A program made the position numbers and the translations under genes. From positions 62,001 to 126,000 of IMG/VR virus record IMGVR_UViG_3300027896_005002: a DNA stretch of 64,000 nucleotides. One strand, given 5' to 3'. Below, piece after piece: positions 1 through 8,249 of this stretch; the first letter of the stretch is position 1, and each line of letters opens with the position of its first letter. The notes under the pieces were generated by a model that was not told where the DNA came from, made no database searches, and saw nothing but the letters and a program-made list of their open reading frames with translations.

Positions 1-67
1 CCTAGCGGTCTAGGGCAACGGTTTTTGAAGCCGTCATTCGGTGGTTCAAATCCATCCACCCTTGCCA
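1..67 (+). tRNA. tRNA-Gln(TTG), 5' end cut by window edge
   Basis: Anticodon arm ACGGT-TTTTGAA-GCCGT, T-arm GGTGG-TTCAAAT-CCATC, encoded CCA. Confidence 0.85.
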
Positions 68-71
68 TTAT

Positions 72-150
72 CGGAGTGTAGGCTAGACTGGTTTAGGCCA
101 CATGCTTCGGGAGCATGTTCTCAGCAGTTCAAATCTGCTCACTCCGACCA
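72..150 (+). tRNA. tRNA-Pro(CGG)
   Basis: Acceptor CGGAGTG/CACTCCG, loop TTCGGGA, CCA. Confidence 0.93.
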
Positions 151-154
151 AATT

Positions 155-226
155 TGGGGTGTAATTCAGTCGTAGAATGCATGTCTCTGAAACATGATGT
201 CGTAGGTTCAACTCCTACCACCCCAG
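155..226 (+). tRNA. tRNA-Gln(CTG)
   Basis: TGGGGTG/CACCCCA, CATGT-CTCTGAA-ACATG; no encoded CCA. Confidence 0.92.
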
Positions 227-233
227 TAAATTC

Positions 234-310
234 GGGCCTGTAGCTCAGCTGTATAGAGTGCGTGTCTTCGAAACACGATGTCGTCAGTTAAAATCTGACC
301 AGGCCCACCA
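234..310 (+). tRNA. tRNA-Arg(TCG)
   Basis: GGGCCTG/CAGGCCC, CGTGT-CTTCGAA-ACACG, atypical T-loop TTAAAAT, CCA. Confidence 0.88.
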
Positions 311-323
311 ATTAGGAGATTCC

Positions 324-1175
324 ATGGAAAGTATAGACAATTGTCATAATTGTACAAAATGTATTTTACTAGATAGTAAATACTGTTATAAAGATTGTAA
401 GACTTGTAAATCAAAATTCTTATGCTTTACATTTAGTCGAAATAATGAAATTAGTATTTGCTTCGTTGACACAGCTGATAAAAATTATATTGGTACAAGG
501 AATTCAATACAATTGGGTTTATTAGATGAAGCAATTTTTTCAACATCTCAAACTATAGAAAAATATCTGAAATCTATCTTATTATATAATAATAATGACA
601 TCCGTAAAATGGGCGGAAGAAATGGCCATAATATTTTAGATTTGAAAAAAGAAGCACAAAAATGTTTAAATGGATTTGATTTAGATATAACTTATACTGT
701 AGGAAAAACAAAATATTCTTTTTATGAAATAATCGACAAAAATGTTGACCGTTATGGTATAATTTCAGCACCAAACTTTCCTTTTTTATCTTTATTAGAT
801 GATGCAGTTTTTAAAATTCGTCCTTATTGTAGAGACATAGATCTTGAAGCTTTAGTTTATAAAATAGATAAATTAGAAGTTTTGGAAATGATTCCAATTA
901 ATAAATCAATTGGAGGTTATTTAGAAGAAATCATTAAATTTAAACCGACATCGTTTAATAATAAACTTTCATTGCAAAAAAAATGTCTTTATTGGGAAAA
1001 TAAACATACTTTAGCAAGTGGAACGCAAACAATTCCAAACATAAAAAAATTTGGTGAACATTTATATTGGCCAAAATGTTCAAAATGTTTAAATAATTGG
1101 CGAGAAAATCATTATAAAGTAACGCAAATTCAAAAAGAATATTTAAAAACTTTAGACTATAAAATGTGCCTATAG
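324..1175 (+). CDS. HEPN-domain protein with Cys-rich N-terminus
   Basis: Start moved to ATG 324 (SD AGGAGA; the ORF-track start lies inside tRNA-Arg). Pattern ADKNYIGTR..AIFSTSQTIEKYLKS..GHNILDL..RY resembles the HEPN family. Confidence 0.6.
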   Translation: MESIDNCHNCTKCILLDSKYCYKDCKTCKSKFLCFTFSRNNEISICFVDTADKNYIGTRNSIQLGLLDEAIFSTSQTIEKYLKSILLYNNNDIRKMGGRNGHNILDLKKEAQKCLNGFDLDITYTVGKTKYSFYEIIDKNVDRYGIISAPNFPFLSLLDDAVFKIRPYCRDIDLEALVYKIDKLEVLEMIPINKSIGGYLEEIIKFKPTSFNNKLSLQKKCLYWENKHTLASGTQTIPNIKKFGEHLYWPKCSKCLNNWRENHYKVTQIQKEYLKTLDYKMCL

Positions 1176-1242
1176 CTGAGTTGGATACAGCACCAGATTG
1201 CGAATCTGGAGGTCAGTGGTTCGAATCCACTTAGGCACACCA
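1166..1242 (+). tRNA. tRNA-Arg(GCG)
   Basis: GTGCCTA/TAGGCAC, CCAGA-TTGCGAA-TCTGG, canonical T-arm, CCA. Confidence 0.92.
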
Positions 1243-1302
1243 TTAATATAATAAAGCAAAATGAATGCGAATCAACAAATAATTCTCTTAAGGAGGTCTA
1301 CG

Positions 1303-1803
1303 ATGGAATGTGCTACTCTTTTACAAATATGTTCTACTCTTATACAAATATGTGCCACTATTTTTATAGGACTTCTTGCTTTAAAAATTCAGAGAAAAAT
1401 ATTAAAAGCGCATAAAGAAAAATTACACAGTGATTCTTTTGATAGAAAATATAAAATTTTTGATGAAACTATTGAATATATGCGTTCTGTCGTGAATTAT
1501 AATTGGAAAGAAAAAAAATCTAATGAATTTTTTTATGAGAATATTTTATTTAGACAGAGAACAATAACTAAAGCAAAATTTCTTTTTTCAGATGAAGTAA
1601 CAAGTTTTATGGAAAAGATTGCAAACATTGCTAGTGATTTAAACATTCTTCATGATCAAAAAGAACAACTTGGTTCAAATGTACTTGCATTTAACTCTAA
1701 AGAAACTGTAGGCATGGAAATTATAACAAAGACCAAAGAATTTCATAATCAATTTAAAATTTATCAAGAAATTTTTTCTGCTTCTTTAAAAGGCGACAGA
1801 TAA
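1303..1803 (+). CDS. hypothetical protein with N-terminal TM helix
   Basis: SD AGGAGG before ATG 1303; hydrophobic N-terminus. Confidence 0.6.
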   Translation: MECATLLQICSTLIQICATIFIGLLALKIQRKILKAHKEKLHSDSFDRKYKIFDETIEYMRSVVNYNWKEKKSNEFFYENILFRQRTITKAKFLFSDEVTSFMEKIANIASDLNILHDQKEQLGSNVLAFNSKETVGMEIITKTKEFHNQFKIYQEIFSASLKGDR

Positions 1804-1820
1804 TTAGTTCTTTGTTTAAA

Positions 1821-1849
1821 CGTAGGTTCAAATCCTACCTGGGACACCA
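1821..1849 (+). pseudogene. orphan tRNA 3' half (T-arm, acceptor 3' strand, CCA)
   Basis: GTAGG-TTCAAAT-CCTAC-CTGGGAC-A-CCA with no complementary 5' half upstream. Confidence 0.65.
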
Positions 1850-1851
1850 TT

Positions 1852-2757
1852 ATGAAAAACACTGGCTTTTCTGAAATAACTACTGAACGACTTTACTATA
1901 ATAGTCAAGATCCTTGGTACATGGAAGTCGCTATTACTGGTCGTTGCAATTTTTCATGTAAATATTGCAATAGATTCAATAATGATATTGATCTTGCAAA
2001 ACTTACCTCTTTTATTCAAAATAATCAATTCAGACATATTCAAATAACAGGCGGTGAACCTACAGTTCACAATCAATTCTTTGAAATAATGAATTTATGT
2101 AGAAGTAAAACCAAAAAACTTGGTCTTTCTACAAATGGTACTTTTGGTATTGATAATTATTTGAAAAGTCAAGCAGATATGTTTTCAGTGTCATTAGATG
2201 ATTATGACATGGACATTTTGAAGAATAGAGGATATAATAGTCCAGAAAAAATAGTTGATACTATAAAACAACTCGTTAAATATAAATATGTTAATATTGG
2301 TCTTGTAATTGATTCATTAAATATTGATAGAATAGAATCAATAGTAGATTTTATTTTGTCACTCGGTGTTAATGATATAAAATTATCAACATCAACAAAA
2401 GACCAATTAATACCTAAGTTCAAAAAAGATTATATTAAATATCCTATTTTAAATTATCGTGTACAAAACTTTAAAGATGGTAAACAAATGCGAGGAAATG
2501 CTTGCAAAAAATGTTATATTGCAAGCAGTGATGTTACTATAGTTGGTGACAGTCATTATCCTTGTTTGACTTATTTTAGAGAAAAAGGTACAGCAATTGG
2601 TAAAGTAAATAATGATTTGATGAAAGATCGTATTGTTTGGATGAATGAACATGATTGTAGTAAAGATGATATATGTCAAAAATATTGTATGGATTTTAAA
2701 TGTGAATTCAATAGAGCAAGAACGGAGATTGTATGTCAGTCAAACAAGTCATTGTAA
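1852..2757 (+). CDS. radical SAM protein
   Basis: CNFSCKYC (CxxxCxxC), ITGGEPT, C-terminal Cys cluster. Confidence 0.88.
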   Translation: MKNTGFSEITTERLYYNSQDPWYMEVAITGRCNFSCKYCNRFNNDIDLAKLTSFIQNNQFRHIQITGGEPTVHNQFFEIMNLCRSKTKKLGLSTNGTFGIDNYLKSQADMFSVSLDDYDMDILKNRGYNSPEKIVDTIKQLVKYKYVNIGLVIDSLNIDRIESIVDFILSLGVNDIKLSTSTKDQLIPKFKKDYIKYPILNYRVQNFKDGKQMRGNACKKCYIASSDVTIVGDSHYPCLTYFREKGTAIGKVNNDLMKDRIVWMNEHDCSKDDICQKYCMDFKCEFNRARTEIVCQSNKSL

Positions 2758-3122
2758 TTCGTAAAGATTTGAATATGAGAAAAGGTAAATGCATCGTGCA
2801 AGGTGCGCACGCTTCAATGAAAATATTTTTTGATCGGTGGCATAAAGTCGATAATCAAAATACTTTTATAACAGATTTCTTACCTGATACTATGGTTCAA
2901 TGGATTGAGGGATTATTTACCAAAATTTGTGTGAGTGTAAATTCTGAAGCCGAATTACTTGAAATTTATGAAAAAGCAAAAGAAGCTAATATACCAGTAG
3001 CTTTGATTGAAGATGCAGGTTTGACCGAATTTAAGGGAATATTAACTAAGACTTGTATTGCTCTTGGACCCGACGAATCTGAAAAGATTGATAAATTGAC
3101 TGGTCACTTATCTTTGCTATGA
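2733..3122 (+). CDS. pth2: peptidyl-tRNA hydrolase type 2
   Basis: KQVIVIRKDLNMRKGK..QGAHAS, KICVSV, IEDAGLTE, TCIALGP. Confidence 0.92.
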   Translation: MSVKQVIVIRKDLNMRKGKCIVQGAHASMKIFFDRWHKVDNQNTFITDFLPDTMVQWIEGLFTKICVSVNSEAELLEIYEKAKEANIPVALIEDAGLTEFKGILTKTCIALGPDESEKIDKLTGHLSLL

Positions 3123-3258
3123 TAGTTAAATACTTTTAATGAAAGTCACAACAACCCATGCGCAAGCCACAATCAATACACAAAGCACAATTGCAGTTGG
3201 TGTATTAATATGACCATGACAAATATTGGCAACTAAAGAATCAAGATTCATATTTTCC

Positions 3259-3675
3259 TTATTTGGAATATACCAATAAAGCTTTCATTCCGGCAGACAC
3301 TTCATTTTGACGAGTGTATGTAATCCCAAGGACTTTCTGAAACATTTGACGATCTTCAACGGCATTCCACCGTTTCTTTATATCCGGTTCCGCAGCTTTC
3401 ATAGCTATATAATCACTGGCTCGGCGCCCGAGTAATCTGCGCATAAAACCAATGTCATCAATTTTGGTGGCATGTTCTGATAATGTATATCCATTTTTTG
3501 TTGTTATAACTCCGATATTATGTTCGCGCATTTTTCGAATGAGATTGGACACTGAACTAACAGACATTCCAATACTGTCTGCAATTTCCGCAGCATGCAG
3601 ATAACGACTGTCCTCCAATAATGTCTTTACCTTCGGAATCATTTCTTTGATTCTTGCCTTACTCTTCTTTTTCAT
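3259..3675 (-). CDS. winged HTH DNA-binding protein
   Basis: LHAAEIADSIGMSVSSVSNLIRKMR..ITTKNGYTL. Confidence 0.65.
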   Translation of the reverse strand: MKKKSKARIKEMIPKVKTLLEDSRYLHAAEIADSIGMSVSSVSNLIRKMREHNIGVITTKNGYTLSEHATKIDDIGFMRRLLGRRASDYIAMKAAEPDIKKRWNAVEDRQMFQKVLGITYTRQNEVSAGMKALLVYSK

Positions 3676-3784
3676 CGTTTCTCCTTTATTTTAAAATGAT
3701 TAAAAAAATAATTCTATAGATATTTAATCACATAAAATATCGAAGAAACTTAAAAATAATGCTCTATGATGCATCATACACAAA

Positions 3785-4504
3785 CTAAATTTCTATGATA
3801 TCTTCATATAAAATAGTAAAATTATCTATAACAACATTAGCATGGAAATGTCCACAAAAATATTTTTTAAATTGAATTCTATTACAAACTTCATCTAAAA
3901 ATTTTGCAGTAGGATCTAAATATTTACTATAATCATGATCATCCATCTCAATAATGTCAACACCTGAAGCTATCATAAATTTTGCAATCATTCCTTGCGG
4001 TAATGTATGAGCTATTATATAATCTACTTTATTTCCATGTATTTCTAAATTAGTTATTGCATAATCCATTTCTTTATAAGAAGGTATCTCATTCCTCCAA
4101 ATACTTACACCTTCAATTCGACTAGCATCATCAACACTTTTTGCACCGCCCATACAAAAAAATGTTTTACTCTCAATCGTATATATCTCACCACGCTTTA
4201 AATAAAAAATACTATCAGATACTACACCAACTTTACCACCAAATTTTTCAATAATTGGCAACTCTGCTAATCTATCATGATTTTCATGATTACCATCAAT
4301 AAAAAGTATGGTAAATGGTTTTTCATTTAACCATTTTTTCCAATAAATTTCTTCTTTATCTGGTTCGTAAAACCATAACAAACCAAAATCACCGGTAATT
4401 ATCACATAATCATTTTTAGTAAGAGATTTACCTTGAGGAAAATTTGTAGTATTTAATTTCCGAATATCTATCGGAATATGTGTGTCACCAGTTATATAAA
4501 TCAT
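3785..4504 (-). CDS. calcineurin-like metallophosphoesterase
   Basis: GDTH, GDFG, GNHE, AHT, GHFH motifs. Confidence 0.9.
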   Translation of the reverse strand: MIYITGDTHIPIDIRKLNTTNFPQGKSLTKNDYVIITGDFGLLWFYEPDKEEIYWKKWLNEKPFTILFIDGNHENHDRLAELPIIEKFGGKVGVVSDSIFYLKRGEIYTIESKTFFCMGGAKSVDDASRIEGVSIWRNEIPSYKEMDYAITNLEIHGNKVDYIIAHTLPQGMIAKFMIASGVDIIEMDDHDYSKYLDPTAKFLDEVCNRIQFKKYFCGHFHANVVIDNFTILYEDIIEI

Positions 4505-5334
4505 ATCTCTATTTCATATAAATTACTAGGAAAACATGGACAAATATCATAGGGACAAATTATTGCTTTATTACTTAATTGACTCTCGACAGTTAAATTT
4601 TGTACAAATATATTTCCTAAATAACGATGACTACCCCAACATTCTCTAACAGTACCATCATTAAGTACTATCATATACTTATAGCCAGCCACACATACTT
4701 GACCTTTTCTACAAGTTGTTCTATTATATTCTAAAGAAAATTTATTATATCCATGCTCTTTACACAATTCCAAATAATGTTGTATTTTTAATAACTGTTC
4801 ATCAGTATAATTAAACTTATGCCATAAAGAATTTTTTATCAAGAGAGGTATTAAATATATATTCTTACTTAAAAACCATTCAAACAATTCATCATATTGT
4901 AATAATGCATAATCATCACAGACTTGCACTAACATAACATAAAAGCCTGCATCTTTTAATTTATTAATCTGCGTAACAATTTGTTCTCTTTTAAAATGCA
5001 GTCTATCTCTTTCTTTAATATGTAATGCTGCCATAATAAATTTAACTCGATCGACTGATACATTTTTAATAAAATCATCAACAGAAATTGTTAAATTAGT
5101 ATATAACGTAATACAATGCTGTTCAGTCAAAAATTTACAAATTTTAACAAAATCAGTATTTAAAAATAATTCTCCTCCAGACAATGCCCATAAACATTGA
5201 TTTTTAAATCTACTTATAGCTTTTTTTACTTCATCAAATTTAGGCCCTAATGCACTTTTATCTTTCGGATCGTTAATACAATATTCACAATTAAAATTAC
5301 AAATCCTATTAAAATTCCAGTCTATAGTTAACAT
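4501..5334 (-). CDS. radical SAM protein with SPASM/twitch-like tail
   Basis: CNFNCEYC, SGGE, C-terminal C..G...VRECW..LGNI..C...C.C. Confidence 0.87.
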   Translation of the reverse strand: MLTIDWNFNRICNFNCEYCINDPKDKSALGPKFDEVKKAISRFKNQCLWALSGGELFLNTDFVKICKFLTEQHCITLYTNLTISVDDFIKNVSVDRVKFIMAALHIKERDRLHFKREQIVTQINKLKDAGFYVMLVQVCDDYALLQYDELFEWFLSKNIYLIPLLIKNSLWHKFNYTDEQLLKIQHYLELCKEHGYNKFSLEYNRTTCRKGQVCVAGYKYMIVLNDGTVRECWGSHRYLGNIFVQNLTVESQLSNKAIICPYDICPCFPSNLYEIEI

Positions 5335-5477
5335 TTATTTTCCTTCACTTCAACACATTCTGCTTTTAACCTTGCAGCTTTTGGACACTTTCCGCATTCA
5401 CTGCATCTTTCATGCGGTTTTGCTCCACCACATTCGTGTCGCATACTACAATGATCTTTTTTATTACAAATTACCAT
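5328..5477 (-). CDS. small Cys/His-rich protein (49 aa)
   Basis: Hand translation MVICNKKDHCSMRHECGGAKPHERCSECGKCPKAARLKAECVEVKENKC; stop overlaps next ATG. Confidence 0.55.
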   Translation of the reverse strand: MVICNKKDHCSMRHECGGAKPHERCSECGKCPKAARLKAECVEVKENKC

Positions 5478-5637
5478 ATTTTCCCTTATGAATGATTATA
5501 ATGTTTTTTACATTCTTCAGACCCTTCACCACGATTACAATAACCTTTCATATAACAATTTTCACATAAAGGTACTTTCTCTTTTTTCACAGATTGAGAA
5601 ATTTGTCGTTCCAACATTAAAGTATATCTCTTAAATA

Positions 5638-5717
5638 TGCCCGTGATTGGAATCGAACCAACATTTTCAGCTTCCTTTACGATTATCTGTTTAGGAAACA
5701 GACTCGGCTACACGGGC
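5638..5717 (-). tRNA. non-canonical tRNA-Arg(CCT), rearranged D region
   Basis: GCCCGTG/CACGGGC, 8-nt linker, TCTGT-TTCCTAA-ACAGA, 23-nt segment starting TAATCGTAA, T-arm GTTGG-TTCGATT-CCAAT. Confidence 0.75.
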
Positions 5718-5720
5718 GCT

Positions 5721-6629
5721 CTAATGTTCTATGTGTGTAATTTGAATATCTTCTTTATTTATTTCAGCTGAATATTCTATTCCACAATTAATACTATTCA
5801 TAGGAATCGGTCTGTCTGCTAATGGATTATGAATAAAAATAAAATCATTTCCTAATATTTTATCAGTTGAGCTAATATTTGCATATGAGTAAATTACTCC
5901 ACTTATATGAGAATATTGTAAATCAAGAAAATAATCTGTCTTAACAGGTTCATTTGATGATTTTTTAAAAATTTTATTACGATTTTCACATGTTTGTCTA
6001 ACAATTTTAGAACTAACTTTATCAATATGAATGACTACATTACCAACTGCTAAAAGAGCGGCTACACATTGCGGCACACCGCCTTCAATATACAATGGTA
6101 TACCATTTAAACCCTCAAGCCATCCACCACTAATGCAAATTATAGTACTTTGCACATTTTTGATTATACCATTTTCAATATCATGCCGAATTTTTTTTGC
6201 TTTTTCAGTAAAACTATTCGTATATCTTAGAATAATTTGGTTTTGCGGGTAATCCATGATACCATTGTAATTCGTTTTTGGAATAGAATCTGGATTGTCT
6301 TTTTTTCCATCTGACATAGTAACTACTTCTATCCAACAATTTAAATTTTCAACAAATAAATCCGGACCTTTATCTGATGGATGAGAAACATTGAATAACA
6401 ATCGCTTTCTAAAAACTGTAGCAAAATAAAGTTCACTATAGCGAGCAGCAAAATCATGTTTCAACTGTGTTTTAAAAGTTTTGTCAACTAAATCATGTGA
6501 TATCTCATACAATTTCTCTACTCGATCACTAAATAACACACATAAATCAGGCGGAAAACCTCCTTGACCTCCTTGAATTTTATTATATAAAGGATCAGTT
6601 GCAGATGGATCTGGATTTAATAATGTCAT
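5721..6629 (-). CDS. hypothetical protein, possible restriction-endonuclease-like fold
   Basis: 302-aa ORF; KGPDLF..NCWIEVVT resembles a PD-(D/E)xK core (weak). Confidence 0.45.
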   Translation of the reverse strand: MTLLNPDPSATDPLYNKIQGGQGGFPPDLCVLFSDRVEKLYEISHDLVDKTFKTQLKHDFAARYSELYFATVFRKRLLFNVSHPSDKGPDLFVENLNCWIEVVTMSDGKKDNPDSIPKTNYNGIMDYPQNQIILRYTNSFTEKAKKIRHDIENGIIKNVQSTIICISGGWLEGLNGIPLYIEGGVPQCVAALLAVGNVVIHIDKVSSKIVRQTCENRNKIFKKSSNEPVKTDYFLDLQYSHISGVIYSYANISSTDKILGNDFIFIHNPLADRPIPMNSINCGIEYSAEINKEDIQITHIEH

Positions 6630-6656
6630 TTTAATCTTTGTATTCTAAAATAAATA

Positions 6657-6739
6657 TGGCGCCCGTGATTCGATTCGAACGAACATTTTCAGCTCCAATT
6701 ACGATTAACTGCTTAGAAGGCAGTCTCGGCTACACGGGC
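6657..6739 (-). tRNA. non-canonical tRNA-Arg(TCT), rearranged D region
   Basis: GCCCGTG/CACGGGC-G-CCA, 8-nt linker, ACTGC-CTTCTAA-GCAGT, TAATCGTAA segment, T-arm GTTCG-TTCGAAT-CGAAT. Confidence 0.78.
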
Positions 6740-6824
6740 TTAATTTCTTAAAATCAAAAAAACTATTGTTATCCTTTTAATCAACTAATAAAACAAAGTT
6801 TTAAATAACATATAATAAAAAAAT

Positions 6825-7616
6825 ATGGGTACTTCACAAGGTAACTTCAAAAGAAAACTTACTGGATTTTATGATAATGAAGATCGAAAAAAACAATGGA
6901 GTCAAGCTAGAATTAATACAAACAAAAATTCGGTCATTCTTAATCATAAAAAAACAATTCAGCAATTAACAAAATTAAAAATTAATGTTCAATGGTTTGA
7001 ACTACAATTGCAACAACATCGTATTACCACAATTACTAAAAATTTAAAATTACTTGACATTAAACATCCAAAACTAGCACTTAAATATTTAAAATCTTTA
7101 TTAGAGCCAAAACGATTAAAAGAAATTGCAAAAGAAAAACGAACATCTAAAACATCTGTCACACTTAAAAATCGATTGAGAACTGATATCATACTGAAAA
7201 AGAAATATATTAAAAATCTAACAAAGAGAAATCATCATAAATATCGATCAAAAGGTGAATTACGTCTCAAACATTGGTTACAAAAAACTTATCCTTACTA
7301 TAATTGGAAAAGTATACATTTAACTTATAACAATTCAATTTATGAATTCGATATCTATTCAGAACAATATGACGATTTTTTCATTGAATATAACGGCGCT
7401 TGTCATTATAAACAAATTCATAGTTTAGAAAACTTTCAGCGTATTCAATGTCGAGATGAACAAAAAATACAAATAATGAAAGAACTTAATAAAGAATTTC
7501 TAATCATCAAGGACAGCATGTCCTTTGAAGAACAAACAAAAACTGTGACAAAATTCTTTAATTTAAGTAGTAATCTTCAAATTAAAAAATTGGAGGTGCG
7601 GGGACACTTTATCTGA
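6825..7616 (+). CDS. free-standing DUF559/Vsr-like (EDxHD-type) putative homing endonuclease
   Basis: Basic N-terminal half, then SKGE..YEFDIY..FIEYNGACHY..RDEQK. Confidence 0.72.
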   Translation: MGTSQGNFKRKLTGFYDNEDRKKQWSQARINTNKNSVILNHKKTIQQLTKLKINVQWFELQLQQHRITTITKNLKLLDIKHPKLALKYLKSLLEPKRLKEIAKEKRTSKTSVTLKNRLRTDIILKKKYIKNLTKRNHHKYRSKGELRLKHWLQKTYPYYNWKSIHLTYNNSIYEFDIYSEQYDDFFIEYNGACHYKQIHSLENFQRIQCRDEQKIQIMKELNKEFLIIKDSMSFEEQTKTVTKFFNLSSNLQIKKLEVRGHFI

Positions 7617-8231
7617 TGTTTTCACACCAGTGTGGACTATCTCTTCATCCAATTGGATGATGGGCGCTAATAAAGGATTATTGATTGAGTTTCTCACCTT
7701 TTAGTCTCTGCACTTTCCAACCTACAAAACACTCTTTCAGTTGGCTTAGCTCAGGATTGCCATATCATTTTACTGATTTAGGGTTCCCTGAATTCACCCA
7801 TTTTCTTCATCAATTGTTACCAATTGAGTCAACCATTTTGATTGAACCCCGGTCCAGAAAGTTTTCCATGACAATTACTACATGTTTATTCTATTCTATC
7901 TTGAATACTCACTCCGTAAATAGACAAGCGTTCAATGAGTACTTCGTAAGTGTCACTTCGGTCCCCTTCTCTTTTACGCGTTCGGTTGTCCTATCCGTAT
8001 ATAAACAGTTCAAGTTGCTACGGCTCCGCTTAAACTTCGACCGCCTTTATTTAGGCAGCCATTGCTGGTGCCTTTGCGCACATTGCAGCGAACTGCAATG
8101 CGAACTGAGCACCGAAAACTGAACCAATTTTGTTGGCAGTTGTTGTTTCATTGGATGATTTAAGAGGCCAACCAATGAGTCCTCTACATGCAATTATCAC
8201 TTCACCCAATCTGTCGAAACCTGACACCCCC
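7591..8231 (-). ncRNA. ssrA: tmRNA split by a T-loop intron (exon1 7841-8231, exon2 7591-7604)
   Basis: 5' GGGGGTGTCAGGTTTCGACAG; acceptor GGGGGTG/CACCTCC with G3-U70; resume context ACAACT-GCC; tag ANKIGSVFGAQFALQFAAMCAKAPAMAA (8051-8137); T-arm CGGGG-TTCAAT|T-CCCCG. Confidence 0.92.
7605..7840 (-). mobile_element. ORF-less group I intron (IC3-like, 236 nt)
   Basis: P1 TCAAT/GTTGA with U-G splice-site pair; core motifs GGCAATCCTGAGC, TGCAGAGACT, AGATAGTCC; terminal G at 7605. Confidence 0.9.
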
Positions 8232-8249
8232 ATAATTTCAAAGAACATT

